Below, piece by piece: positions 1 through 13,310 of a stretch of 64,000 nt of DNA. How positions within the stretch are numbered: the first letter of the stretch is position 1; the number at the start of each line of letters is the position of its first letter. The stretch is from assembly GCA_964016885.1 (NCBI GenBank), contig OZ024745.1:132866001-132930000 (forward strand), given 5' to 3'. Under the pieces are notes generated by a model. The model saw nothing but the letters and a program-made list of their open reading frames with translations, made no database searches and was not told the origin of the DNA. The stretch comes from Eledone cirrhosa (taxonomy: Eukaryota). Both the position numbers and the translations under genes were made by a program.

Positions 1-316
1 TATGTAGGACTTGTTGGGAAAGGACAAATACCCGCGTAGCTCGTTAAGAGCTGACGGATTGATGTTAAAACTAGGATGAGGGGTAGGTGGATGTCTTAAT
101 GTCATGTAGCTTCATCCCTAATGTTCAATATGTTTTGTTGGAAGGCAGCGATGAAACACTTCAAAGGTGTCAAACACCGAAATAAGGAATATGATGATGC
201 CACAATTGAATGAAATAAATGAGTATTTATTATTCGGTTCGCAAGTGTAATTCTTCTAGAACATGATAGATTGCTGATTAATATTGTTGCTTGCAAACAT
301 TCATTCATAGATACAC

Positions 317-447
317 ATATATATACATACATACATACATACATACATACATACATACATACACACATACATGCATACATACATACATACATACATACAT
401 ACATACATACATACATACATACATACATACATACATACATACATACA
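317..447. repeat. (CATA)n microsatellite; second tract at ~1056-1134
   Basis: Direct reading of the sequence; explains the MYVC/HTYI pseudo-ORFs. Confidence 0.97.
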
Positions 448-789
448 TCGTGGCTGCCAACTCGTTTTCGAGTACGGCCACTACTTTATATCCATGTAGG
501 AGAAGCCCTACTGATGCGCTGAACGAGTGTGACTTTCTAGTCCACCCAGCGATTTGAAAACTCTGGTACAAACAAAACACTTGTGACAATTATTGACACA
601 TAGTGCTTGGCCCATGGTACCATGTGACGACAAGTGCAGAGAGATCTCCAGGTATAAAGCAATGCCTGTGCCGTGAAGCTTTTATAGTGAGCAAAGGCAC
701 TGCACAAAGCCAATCCCACTCTCTTAACCAAAATGATATTTACCAAAAAGAAGAACAAGTCAACATCATTGGATACCACAGAGTTGCAG

Positions 790-1055
790 ATGTTATATCA
801 GAGTTTTCCTTCTCCTAGAATTCTGCCTTTACAAAGGCTAAGGGGTCATCTCTCCCGGTGATTTTGGATGGCCATTGACTCTTAAGAGCTCCTTTTCCCT
901 TTGACAGGTTTTGATTTTAGTCCTGCAGGATGTCCAAAGTCACCCTCCTCAACATGAAACCTTGGTGGAGTTGCCAGTTTAGTCGCCAACGACCCGACCA
1001 TAGGAAAGGTTGTACTGGGATACGTGTTACCAGTAGCACCAAGTAGTGACCTGGA
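790..1055 (-). mobile_element. Probable 5' UTR fragment of an RTE-clade LINE
   Basis: Minus strand contains CTAGGAGAAGGAAAACTCTGA, a motif I recognise from RTE 5' regions; no ORF support. Confidence 0.35.
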
Positions 1056-1136
1056 CATACATACATACATACATGCATTCATACATACATACATTAATAC
1101 ATACATTCATACATACGTACACACATACATACATAT

Positions 1137-1345
1137 TCTGCCCTCAATATACTTTCAGATGATGTGATTATTGGGGCACTGGGATATGTTAGTAACAGCC
1201 TCAGTACAACCCTTGTGAAGCTGGGCTTCACAGAAACAGAGATAACACAACTAGTTAGGAAATTGCAAGTACAGTCCATTAATGGAACAGTAGAAATATG
1301 TAAAGCAATCCAAAAATTCTGCATCTAATAACTGCGTGTACTTAT
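1137..1345 (+). mobile_element. C-terminal fragment of an RLE-type non-LTR retrotransposon (third family, distinct from A and B)
   Basis: 1164-1328 translates VIIGALGYVSNSLSTTLVKLGFTETEITQLVRKLQVQSINGTVEICKAIQKFCI*, matching the RLE C-terminal (P)VIIGALG...LQ...GT pattern also seen in families A/B; abuts (CATA)n. Confidence 0.6.
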
Positions 1346-1351
1346 GTAACA

Positions 1352-2600
1352 CCAGCAACTACAGTGGGATCTCACTGACTTCACTTGCGGCAAAGACTCA
1401 AACAGGATGATACTTAACAGGATCCTGCCATAGAGGAAAAGAAGCTCGGGGACAACCAAAGCGGATTCCGAGAGGGAAGATCAACCACCGGTCACATCCT
1501 GGTGCTAAGGAGAATATTAGAGGTAGCTAGTGCAAAGATCCTTCCTGCGGTCATGGTTTCCATTGGCTTTAGGTAGGCCTTTGACTCTGTGGAACGTCAC
1601 TGCCTGGTGAAGATCTTACAGACTTATGAAATCCCCAAGAAAATAGTGGACCTGATATCAATGCACTACACCAACACCAGAGCCCAAGTCATTACACCTG
1701 ATGGAATGACAGAGTTCTTTAAGATACTGGTTGAAGTGTTCCATGGAGATACATTGGCTCCCTACCTTTTTATCATCGCAGTGGACTATTGTATGTGCCT
1801 TGTGCTGGAGAAACACCAGGACTCTGACTTTACTATAACACTGGCTCAGAGCAGGAGAGTTAAGGCTAAAAAGATATCAGATGCTGAATTTGCTGACGAC
1901 ATAGTTCTGGTGACAAACACAGTGAAGGAGGCAGAGGAGTTGTTGCAGGAGGTGGAGATGTCTCGATGGGTGTGGGGCTAAGAATGAATGAGATGAAGAC
2001 GAAGTATCAGGTAGAAAACATTGAGAAGCCATAGAAGATTATGAATGTAGGCGGGAAGCCGCTAGAATTGGTTGAGGACTTCCTGTTTCTGGGAGCAAAA
2101 ATTGGGAACACAGAGCATGATGTGTTTGTGAGGAAGAGCAATGCTTTGGTGGCTTACCACAGTTTCATTTCAGTATGGATTTCAGACCCTTGTAAAGACC
2201 TGAAGATACTCTCTTCATTGCTGCAGTGGAGTCTGTGCTACTGTACGTGTCTGAGACTTGGACACTGACGATGAAACTCACTCAGATGGTGGATGGGTGC
2301 TACACAAGAATGCTGAGGATGGCTCTAAACAGGACGAACAACTCAAAGCCGTACGGGAGCCTCCCAAACCTCAGCTCGAAAATAACACAAAGGAGACTGG
2401 GATTAGCTGGACATGCTCACCGATATTCAGAGTTGACACTGCATTCAGTACTCCTGTGGGAGCCCCTACATGGACACACTAGATGAGGGAGACCGAGGCT
2501 GACATATATTGATGGCCTCTGTGATACGCAGGATATGGCGGTGATTATGAGGGACAGAGACCGCTGGAGAGAATTCGTCATGGATCTCAGGAACCCCCGT
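1352..2600 (+). mobile_element. 5'-truncated, decayed RTE-clade LINE (RT domain to 3' end)
   Basis: Frameshifted RT motifs NYSGISLTSLAAK, QSGFREGRSTTGHILVLRRILE, GDTLAPYLFIIAVDY, FADDIVL, then ESVLLY.SETWTLT...YTRMLRMALN...RRLGLAGH. Confidence 0.88.
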
Positions 2601-2949
2601 AATATATATATATATAAGTGTTGAAGTTTCCGTTGAAAAGTCATATATATATACAATTAAAAATCGGAGTTAAATACTCACGTTAATCTACTATAATCTA
2701 ATGAGCTCAAGGATTAGATTCCGGGTTCTTTATAAATCAGTATATAGAGAGAAATGCACAAAGAGGTATGTGTTTAATCATAGGGGATTTAGAATCACCA
2801 GTGTGAAGAACATATTGTCTACCAAAGGAAAGGAGAATACAGATCAATTAAGAGAATAAATTAAAGTATATAATGTTTATTTTGAAAGCCAACGGTGAGT
2901 TCATTCATAATTGATATGTGAACAAGGGTTACGCTTGAGGTTTTCAGAT

Positions 2950-4020
2950 ATATCAACTTTTTCCACAGAGACAATTATTAATTTCAGAGAAGTAAATAAT
3001 GGTAATATCTTTCAAAATAGGGTCCTACGACACATTGCACTGATTGTAGCCCTCCTCTGTCCATCGATCCTATATTACTGCAGATAATTCCACAAACAGT
3101 CCCGTGGAACGAGATTATATACCTTTTCGGGGTCAATGAAACAAGCATACATTTCTTGTCAATACTCTTACGATCTCTCAAATATCTGCTGCAGTGTGAA
3201 TGTTTAGTCGACTGCGCTGCTTCCTGAGCGAAACACACTTTTCGCCAGCTTACTTGAACTCGAAATATCTCTTTGCCAGATATTTAGATAGTACAGCTTG
3301 GCTCATGTGATCTCAGCTACTGAGATGCTAGTTATCACTCCCAGATGCACCTCATCTACATGAGAACCTGTGTTTCGACCGGGTATAGGCGATCAACAAA
3401 TTGTTTTCTCCACCTCGCGAGCGTCTACATCTCTGAAACGACGCGTTCCTGATACCACATGAGGTGGTGGTGGGGGGGGGGTGACTGATTGTGAAGTCGG
3501 TGGATGGACTGCTAAAAAGATTTATTTGTTTATCTGAAGTAGGATTCCAGGTTAATCCCTAAGTTCACCTATGTCTTAACAGTGGACGCGTTTACTGTGT
3601 ATGCTGCAATATTTAGTACCTACGTGTACCGCATGTACAACAAGGGAGACATATTTCCAAGTCAACGTTTGTAAACCTTCTTCTTTAATCGGATTGCGTT
3701 GTTGACCACTTGATTAAACCAAGTTGTCCTCCACTCGAGGCCACACCAAGCCGCTTTTCTCCACAGCATGTAACAGCTGAAGCAGATTTCGTAGCTCAAA
3801 AGTCGCCACTCTGTTTCAACGCCCTCAGTTTGCTGAGATAGCACTCTAAATTTGAATGCAATAGTATTTTCATACTGGTCCTGGTGCCTCATCAATCAGC
3901 GCTTACAATTTATCATATTGTTCAAGGTGGGTCTGTCAGATTTGTGGGCTTCCTTGTCTTTAAGTAGTTTCCTTTACAAGATAACTAGATGGCCGTCAGT
4001 TGACAGCTCGGCTCTTTACA
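2950..4020 (-). mobile_element. Decayed RTE-clade LINE ORF2 fragment (linker plus start of RT)
   Basis: Minus-strand remnants TTWFNQVVNNAIRLKKK, TLARWRKQFVD, LQQIFERS..QEMYACFIDPEKVYNLVPRD (cf. FVDLEKAYDRVPR); 3340-3440 resembles 12860-12960. Confidence 0.65.
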
Positions 4021-4262
4021 TAACATGAACAGCCAGAGATCAGAGGCAATAACAAAATCCGTTATTGATCTCTGTACTCAATTCTTCTTATACCATATTT
4101 ATTTATAGATGTCTTTGTTATATATACAGACGTTGAAATCAGATTCATCCCAGTTTAAAATATATACTATTCTCATAATCAAATGACACAGGCAAAAATG
4201 CGGAATTTGCCACGTAACGCATGTGTAAAATAATTTCATTTCATTATAGTTGCACCTATATT

Positions 4263-4332
4263 TGCCATTCGATAAAATAAAGTACCAGTAATGCACTGGG
4301 TAATTGCTGGCCTTGTGCCAAACGTAGAAACA
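4263..4332 (+). mobile_element. SINE family S1, 5'-truncated, 20-bp TSD
   Basis: S1 3' half flanked by ATTATAGTTGCACCTATATT at 4243-4262 and 4333-4352. Confidence 0.9.
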
Positions 4333-7300
4333 ATTATAGTTGCACCTATATTATCGAGAGCAAAAGAAAGAAAGGAATTCTAAATTTCAGAGAATTTTAG
4401 AGTTACCGTGACTATGTTAAAAAATAGCTCAGAATAGAAGTTAAATGGAAATATCACTGATGACGATAACATAGAAACACGTGTTACCATTTTCCATCGG
4501 CCACATAGGTAGCCGTAATATGGCCAGTGCTTACATTTCTCACGTACACAGAACCCTTGTATCTATATCATACATGAACATATCGTATTTCCCTTTATAA
4601 CACACGCGCACACACATACGCACACACCCACATATACATGTAAACACCACACACATACACACACACACATATATATATTTATATACATATTTATATATAT
4701 ATATATATTGGTGTGTGTATAGATATAAACATAATCTTTCAGATATAAATGTGCCCATGCCTGAGAGTATGCGTGTACGAATGCATGGTGTATGGAGAAG
4801 ATGATTTATGGCATATGAGATAATAATTGTCAGTGATAATACACGATTTATTTAATGACTTGTCATAAGAAATATGTTTCTTGAAAAAGATATGTACCTT
4901 TAACTATACGTTATACAGATTAATGCCGACATTTTCCTTTTTGCCTTGAAATTGTTTGTGAGAACAGCAACAGCAAAAGTTGTAATTTAGAAATAATATT
5001 AGCATTTTTATTGTAATGTATATGTAATAATATATTAAACATAATACTGTGTAAAACAGGTATAAGGACAGATCTATTTTGATACACACAGATATATGTG
5101 TGTGCAGATATTTTTCGTTTTATAGTAACGTATATTCATATATTCGCGGTTATTAAATTATCTTTGCCACATAGCATGTGTTTTGTACAAAGCTGTAGAG
5201 GTTTAGACAATTAACCCTTGTTATTAGAAAATTTAATTGCTCTAACCTTTGGTCTTTCAATTACCTACTACAATAAGAATATATCTACACTTTAAATGTG
5301 TTCCCATCTACTGACCTTCATCGGACTCCAAGAAAAATTGTTGTAAGTACAATAAAATATAATTTCTATCTTATCTAATTTTCTGAGTCAATCAAATTTT
5401 CAAATAAATCTGAAAAAATTATCATTGTATTTTATACAGTACCGTAGTTTTTCCTTTAAATGTTCGACAGTGTTTCTGATATTACAAGGAAATATCTCAA
5501 TCGAACCGTGTAAATGGAATCTGTAACAATTTCATGCAATCTATATTTTATTACTGATGTGTGACTTTTGCGTTTGCCCAGCGCATTTAATCAAATATTT
5601 ATTGTCTTCCGTCTTTACAATACAACGTGTGTTAAATTTTTCTTTGTAAACTCAATAACGCTTACAAATATAATTTTCTTAATATTTATGAAAAATACAA
5701 TTCTATCATGTTTATTTTCCTAAATATTTAAATATTCATAACAACATGCATGTGGCAAATTATCTCAGAAACATATTATATTTGTTTCTCTAAATAAGGA
5801 AATAACAGTATTAGGAAGATGTATATTTAGAGAAATCCTGTGAAATACAATAGAAATATAATAGATTTTGCCGATATTTTTTCCGGTAATCATGTTCATT
5901 CTATATTTCTATTTTATATCAAATCATCCATACAGATATAGTTAAATAATTTTGAAAGTTGGAAAAACTGTTGTTGATCTAGAAACAGATTATATTATAG
6001 CTGGCTAACAACCAAACGAAAAATTAGTATCATACAAACGAGAATCTTCCTATGAATCTTCGATAAAGTAAGGAGAGAAACCTGTGGTAACTTTCTGAAG
6101 TAATGTAATAATTATAATGTTCGTAATAAAGAATGGACATTTCCTAGTTCATTATTTCAGAAACGTACGCTTCCTATTTCATATTATTCGCTAGTAATAT
6201 AACCAGTGATTCACAGTTTTGAGAGAATCTTTATCTAACTGTAATAAGAAAACATTTTTGAATTTTAATACATTATTTTGAAATTAAACTAGTATTTCGT
6301 GATTCATTAACCAAGACGATGACTGTGAGAATGTAGGCTGGTGAATGTTAAAATAAACAGGAGAGTCGAAAATATCAGAAAATATTTAGCCCGAGGACCT
6401 AAGAAAGATTGCAACTAGTTCCCACTACAATGATTTATATAACCAAGACTATAAACAATATTCCAAGTATATCTTGTAAAGTTTATATTTGATTAAGTCT
6501 CTTTATTTTATTTATTATATTTTCCGTTCATTATTCAAGATTTAAATTTATTCCATAAATTAAAACTAAATTGAATTTTCTAATTTCAGAATTTACAAAT
6601 TCATTTCGAAATTGTATTATTATATATATTAAGATATATTTTCATAATCATCGAATTTAATAATTTTGATAATTATGTTTTAATACGCAAAACACAAATA
6701 TGCACCCAATTAAACTTAATCAGTTCAACTTGGCAACATATGTCCTGAAATTGTTTAACATTTTCAGTATTCTGTTGAACGCATATAAGCATTAACACTG
6801 CATAACGCGTCAGCAGACGTCGTTCTTCAAAACCTCATACATACTCTAATTCCTTCAAACGTGCTAAATTAGAAATATCCAACAGGCATATATCACAACT
6901 GAAAATACACAACACAGCATTATGAAGACGAACCAGAAAAATCCAACAATGGAAAGATGTGATTACTCGAAAAAACATGGCTCAATATATTTCCGAATCA
7001 ATAATTATAACCGAAGAAGGTAGGACTTAGTCGTAGAGGTTATTCGAGCATATATTGAAAATAATTCACAGGGACGCCTATTCATTAAACCAACCGAGTC
7101 GTCATTCAAAACGAATCGCTCCAAGACAGGACTGGCTTATCGGATATGCATCAATACATTCAACTTGTAATGTAATAAATCTTAGGTGACACGAAGTTAT
7201 TTCGGCTCTAATGATAGAGTTGTTAAACCTACAAATCAAATTAAATTGAAGCAAAAATTGTAATAGATAAATGCATAAAATACCTCACGAAACCTTATTT

Positions 7301-9048
7301 AAAAACTAATTATTTCGTTATTCAAATTTGATATTGTAAGCAATGTATAGCTATATAGTCGACATTTACTGCTTATCTAACACACCATATTTCGTGTAAA
7401 ATCATAAAGTCTGCCATCAAAACGTCTTTGTATGTCTTTAATGTGTGCGTCTCTGTAAATCTATAGAATATACTATAGAGCATATGATGTAAACCCGTTC
7501 GACGTCTATAATCTGTGTACCAATCATCTACACACGAATCTCTGCTTTTCATCTATATGATAGTAATTCTTATATTCTTAAACATAGAAGAAAAAAGATG
7601 TTCTATGTCTCCTCGGTAATAACAGTTTTAAAAGTTGCTGCATTTCTTTTGTGCCATACACTTAAATGCTGAAAGCTATATTTCCGAAATCTTATAATGA
7701 AACTTAATACAGTGATCAATTTCCTAAACAATACGTCAATTCTCCGCCATGTTCAATAAATTATCCAAACTTTTATTAACCATCAAAGGAATAATTAAAG
7801 GCAGCATCCATCACAAGAACAATGTTGTACTAGAACAATTAGCTGAAGCACTTATATCAAAGACGTAAAGCAGTTTCACTAACGTAATACTCTTTTGAGA
7901 AAATGGATAAATTAATAGAAGAATAATACAAACCATTGATAAAAAAATTACAATAATGCCAAAGTCATTTCTGAACAACTAACAATGGTACGCTAGTCCA
8001 TCGATGTAAAACCTATTCGTCTAAAAATATAGTTGCGGTTTTTGTCAAAGGAACTATAATGAATAACAAAAATGCTAGGGGCATAAACAAATATTGAATG
8101 AACTGTTCACTTTCCATTCGTGATTCACATGCTTCCAATGAATTCATTCAAATGATGTTCACTATTATTTTGTGTCAAATGTTTGGAATCAAGTAAAATA
8201 AATGAAGTATTCGTTTGAAATATCTAACTATATTAGTCACTTCCAATCAGCGTTCCTTTATGCCTGCGACAGACAATTAATAATTTACCATAGGTTTAAG
8301 CTGATGTACAAAATTAATTGACTTCACAAAATTAAATAATTCACTTAGATAGACAACACTTCAAATATGTACTTCTACATACATACATTGTAACTCCATT
8401 GTAACTGCTTAAATCTATTTATAGATATTTAGTGTTGTACTTTGAATGGGTCATTCTGCCAATTAACGCACGGACACCTATTTTTTCTGCTATATATTTA
8501 TTACACTATGATAGTGTCTGTAACGTATATTTACGTCTGGTGGCTGCTATATTATTAAGCAGCTGTCTATGTTGTTAGGTGGGTGTGTTGCAGTGTTGCT
8601 TAAATTTCCTTGTGAGTGATTTTAGTTTTATTTTCATATGCTTATCTTTTTGCTTCTACAAATATTTGGACGTCTGTGTAGTCTAAGTTTGTTGTCTGTT
8701 CATGCATGTAATTATTAAAGGTGTTTTTGTGTGTGTTTCATGTATGTATTCGTGGTTATGTAATTTCTTTCTGGTCTATGTCATGCGTAGTGGCGAGTAA
8801 AACCTTATTTAATCCTCGCTATTGAATTACTGCTAAGGCAATCACTCTGTGAGTGTTTATGGTGGTTTTGTCACTCCACTAATTTTGGTGTGTTGGGGTT
8901 TAAAATCTGCTTACAATATGTCAATCACTTCTGCAATCTTTCAGAATCTCACGTACTTTCAACATTCTTTATTGGGTCAATAGGTTTATGTACGTCTTCT
9001 TGTAGAATTAGGAATGCCTATTTAATTTCATTATTTTCGCTCCAATTG

Positions 9049-9227
9049 GATTGGCAGTATCCTTAGAAGGTCTGACGCCATGCTTTGCAGCAAAGAGTGG
9101 CTTCCCTTTATGGTCTGAGTTCAAATCCCGCGGAGGTTAACTTTGTCTTTCATCCTTACGAGGTCGATAAAATAAAGTACCAGTAATGCACTGTCTAATT
9201 TCTGGCCTTGTTCCCAAAGTAGAAACA
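9049..9227 (+). mobile_element. SINE family S1 (tRNA-derived head), near full length
   Basis: A-box-like TGGCAGTATC, B-box GAGTTCAAATCC, 3' end CCTTGTTCCCAAAGTAGAAACA; imperfect 19-bp TSD ATTATTTTCGC...AATTG at 9030-9048 and 9228-9246. Confidence 0.9.
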
Positions 9228-9479
9228 ATTATTTTCGCCATAATTGTCTGACAACCATTCGATTTCTTTTACGGTCTTTCCGTCTTTATAAATTTCAGGG
9301 GTGGCATCCCACTGCATTTCAAGCATACTGGTTTTTACTAATCCAGTTTTAACTAATTTGCACACACTAACGTTGTTGTCTCCAAAGTCATTTTGGCTGC
9401 GCTTGACGAGTGACTTTCAGTCACAACATTCAAGCCGATGTGATTAGAAATAGAATTTACCTAAAGCGTCAGTTCTGTG

Positions 9480-9955
9480 ATGATCATGTTGAGACCAGCG
9501 AGCGAATGCTTAAGGCTGCATTGAAGGAAGAGATAATAGACCATAGATAATAGATCAAATAAACAAGTAACAACCTGAATGAAAACAGAATTCAGAGATG
9601 CACAGACATGGGACTGGTTAAAAAAGGGGGAACCTTAAGAACGCTACTGGCCGAATGCAACTAACTGTACAGGAGCAAGCCCTTAGAAAGAAGTGGGTGG
9701 ATATCATATTGACAATGATGTGGTTAGCCCGCTGTGGAGAGAGAGGAAACTGAAACACACATTGGTCCTGAGTATGAACACCTAGCCCAGTCTCATTATA
9801 AAGGATTGGGTCTTGGTATCATAGGACAAGTGATACAAACTAAGTAATTTGCTTCTTTCAGAGAAATTGTATTAGCATAAGCCAGAGTTGGTGATATAAA
9901 ACGATCAGGTAAAAGTGCTATGGAATTTTAGGATACAATCAGACAGAATGTGGAT
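9480..9955 (+). mobile_element. Old internal fragment of R4/Dong-like family A
   Basis: Decayed RDAQTWDWLKKG...QEQAL...HLAQSHYKG...DQVKVLWNFRIQSD, colinear with the ORF at 25340-26560. Confidence 0.8.
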
Positions 9956-10249
9956 GGAATATTGTCCGTATAGTTAGTCCTGACTTCCTTATACGCCAAC
10001 GTTGACCAATTTATCCTGAGTGTCGAGCATTCCATGAGCTCTTTTGGCTTTAGGTAGTCTCACAGTATTTTAGATGCGAGTAAAGGCTGTCTCTGGAAAA
10101 CCTTGTTTTGCGGGCCTGGGAAACGTACCAAGTTGGTGATTGGTGCAAATAAAACAACCAAAACACTGAAATATGTCGAGCAACATTAAGGGCAATAATT
10201 CTGTATCGTGCTTCGCGAGGAATATCACGTGACCAAATCAGTCGATAGA

Positions 10250-10590
10250 CTTTACCGAAGATGAATTGCAGTCTCCATCCAACGCTGTAGGAAGTGGTAA
10301 TCAGCTTTTGACTTGTCTTGGGAGGCGTGGAATGGATGCGCATACGTTACGTATTCTGAGACCCCAAACAGGATCAGGAAGGGAGTAACTTTGCCCAATA
10401 ATATGTTAGTTTTAAGGACGAGAAGCTCATATGCTACCGGCTAGATATAGTCCGGGTTTGCTCAACAAATTTCCGGGTCCCTGTTGCAGTAGATTTGGAT
10501 GGGTGGTTTTTGAACTTTAAACAAATGACTTTGCAGTGTTCAGCCTGTCCATTTGCATTCTGAGATGAAATCCCGCCGAGATGTGTTAAG
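10250..10590 (-). mobile_element. Possible decayed Ty3/Gypsy integrase fragment
   Basis: Minus-strand FH..NANGQAE (cf. YHPQSNGQAER) followed by TPFLILFG..IR (cf. SPAELLFGR.IR); frames broken. Confidence 0.35.
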
Positions 10591-11782
10591 ATGTCGATAA
10601 AATATGTCGATAAAATATGTCGATAAAATATGTCGATAAAAAATATAGCCCCACTCCAATATTGGAGTTGATATAATCACGTAAATTGCTAGAATTGTGT
10701 TAAAATTAAAACTTCTCGTATACATATTTGCAGCAGTTGAGACTGTCATTAACTTTAACAGACATTGGTAAACTTCATTATGAACCTTCTCGTCTAGCTT
10801 TACCTTTCCTGCTTTAATGAATTGGATGTTGTGAGATAATTATTCGTCACAAACATTTTCATTTCCGAAGTTTTTATAATGATAGTTAGTAGCAAATCTT
10901 AAATCTGTACATAGTGTTTTCCCTACCCCTTAATATTGTATAAATAATACCCCCTTCAATAAAGATTGAACCAATCGTTACTCGAATCATATTCATCCTT
11001 AACATTCTCTTCTTTTACTGCACACTGGCGATTTTAGCTTCTATTCGGACATAGTTTGCATGCTCCATTATTGAATGTGTTTACTTTAATGCCGGTTCAC
11101 CTGTTAAAACCCGCATTCTACTTATTGGCAAAGTTCGTTGGCTCTTGCTCGGTGTTGGTACATCAACATTACTTAAATGGGATTTCTGTTTCGTAGATAT
11201 GGTTACAAAGTAAGTACATGGCAAAGTTAATGCCTATAACACTACCAATCCATTCAATACAGAGCTTAGATAATCCATGTAGAAATGGTGACAATCTACA
11301 TTTATGATTCAACCAACTAACAAAAAGCTGAAAATATAAAATGTTTTCATGTGTTTAAGTGTGTCACAAAGTATTCCAACAAGTCATTGTATATATTCTA
11401 TTTATAAAAATGTATATATAAATATATACATTTCGTTTCATTCTCTGAAATGTATACTTACAAATATATATGAGTAGGATTTCAAATGAACTCTTTGAGA
11501 GTATAGAAAGGCAAAGCGCTTAGTTTAACACATTATCACTGAACACTCTAGTATAAATCTATATAAGCATATATTTCTGTATGAGTGTGTGTGTGCGAAC
11601 GCGTGTGCATGTGTGTGTATATCTGTGCGTGTGTGTGTGTGTGTGCGTTTGTATGTGTGTGTATGTGTGTATGTGTGTGCGCGTGTGTGTGTGTGTGTTA
11701 TCTTGTTTACTGGAAAACCAAGTCAAAGATTACTTCAGGTATGGACTGATCTAACAAAGATATGCCGTTAGATTTATTTTAC

Positions 11783-12093
11783 TAGTGCAGCTCAGTGGGA
11801 GCTACCACCTCCCGAGGGCATCGGGAAGTTCCAAGGGAGGTCTTGGGCATAAGGTGGTGCTAGAGGGAGGTAGAGATGATATAATAGTATATCAAATATC
11901 AAATGATACATATATATAAATATAGTAAACAGAAATATGTGTAATATCTATGTATACTTAGTATATATACATTATTTATTATATATCATTTACAATTTGC
12001 ATGTAGGTAGGTCTCTGCAAATAGGGTTGGGGATGCTGACAGTACTACGTGGCCGTGAGGGGGTGCGGTGCCTCAAACGTTCGAGAACCTCTG
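11783..12093. mobile_element. Possible hAT-like MITE remnant
   Basis: Right end reads CAGAGGTTCTCGAAC on the minus strand (Charlie-like terminus); left TIR poorly preserved, no TSD seen. Confidence 0.25.
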
Positions 12094-12374
12094 TAGCTTA
12101 TAATGGATTCGATTGCAATTTTATAAATCTCTCAGCACCCATACCAGAGACTACAAATGAATATACCAACTTGGTATAATGGATGTGAAAATAGATTGTT
12201 TATGCGGATTAATACTTTCATTGTTGAAAAGTAGGTGGAAGGCGTTCAACCTTACATAGTTACGACGCTCAATATTAATCAAAACTAAAACTCAAACTGC
12301 GAAGTAGAAATTGGCAACATTTTAAAAAATTAAAAAAACCTACTGTAATTAATTTGTATGATGTATTATCGGCA

Positions 12375-12376
<2 letters not shown>

Positions 12377-12441
<65 letters not shown>

Positions 12442-12601
12442 AGCCTACCTACTTCTCTATCCATATAACATTCTATCTGTCAATCCCTACATATGTGTGT
12501 GTTTGTATGTTTGTGTGTGTCTGTATGTGGGAATGTGTGTCTGTATGTGTGTATGTATGTGTGTATGTATGTGTGTATGTATGCGTGTGTGTGTGTGTAT
12601 G
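12377..12601. repeat. (TCTA)n followed by degenerate (TG)n microsatellites
   Basis: Direct reading. Confidence 0.95.
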
Positions 12602-12691
12602 TTTGGCTAAGAGTCCGCTCACTATTAGTATGATACTTTGAGCAAGTGTCCGAGTGTGTACTAAAGATTCGGTGTTATCAATGTCTCATGA

Positions 12692-12782
12692 AGGGCGGTG
12701 GATTGGCAGTATCGGTAGAGGGTCGGACGCCATGCTTTGGAGCAAAGAGTTACCGCCCTTGCTTGCTGAGTTCAAATCCCGG
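12692..12782 (+). mobile_element. SINE S1 head only, truncated after the B box
   Basis: GGGCGGTGGATTGGCAGTATCGGTAGAGGGTCGGACGCC...GAGTTCAAATCCCG. Confidence 0.85.
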
Positions 12783-13310
12783 ATTTCATCCTTTTCCAGC
12801 GGTTTGCCACATTTCAGCACTTTAACAGGGGTAACCCTTGCCTCAAAGAGATTAGGCACCGCTCCCAGATGGACCTCATGTACGTCACAAGATGCTATTG
12901 TGATCGGGTTTAGGAGATCAGCAATATATTCGCTCCACCTCACGAGGATCTACCTCTCTGATGAAGTTAGGTAGGTCCGCTACTTCTCCGAAATGAGAGC
13001 TGACAGCTCCGATGCTATGGTCATGTGGTCATATGGTTAGAATGTTTAAAAAAAAAACTGGACAGATTTTACGGCAAAAACCAACCGACAGGAGACCTAA
13101 CTTGGCTGGTCTCACTTGGCAATCCAGCCGGATCAGTTGGAGTCGGTTGCTTCTGACAGGAACCGCTGGAAGGAGTGTTTGAGGACACTGTCCTCACGGC
13201 CCTCTCAGGAATAAGTGGGTGATGAAGAAGAAGAAGAAGAAGAAGAAGAAGAAGAAGAAGAAGAAGAAGAAGAAGAAGAAGAAGAAGAAGAAGAAGAAGA
13301 AGAAGAAGAA
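12783..13310 (+). mobile_element. RTE LINE insertion: inverted internal ORF2 piece (12783-12960, minus) plus forward 3' end with (GAA)n tail
   Basis: Minus: RWSEYIADLLNP...VKVLKCGKPLEKDEIR; plus: LRCYGHVV..RM...RNRWKECL, followed by (GAA)n at 13224-13310. Confidence 0.65.

Noticed and set aside
102-589. ORFs such as MYVCMYVC/HTYIHTYI, and similar YIYI, CVCV, poly-S, poly-L, poly-M ORFs throughout the window
   Set aside because: Translations of microsatellites, not genes
6600-9000. Possible very old LINE remnants (e.g. IIYRPP-like trace near 8540, minus strand)
   Set aside because: Too decayed to support a call by eye
9049-9135. tRNA gene calls for A/B-box-containing sequences
   Set aside because: No cloverleaf; they are heads of dispersed SINEs with TSDs and tails
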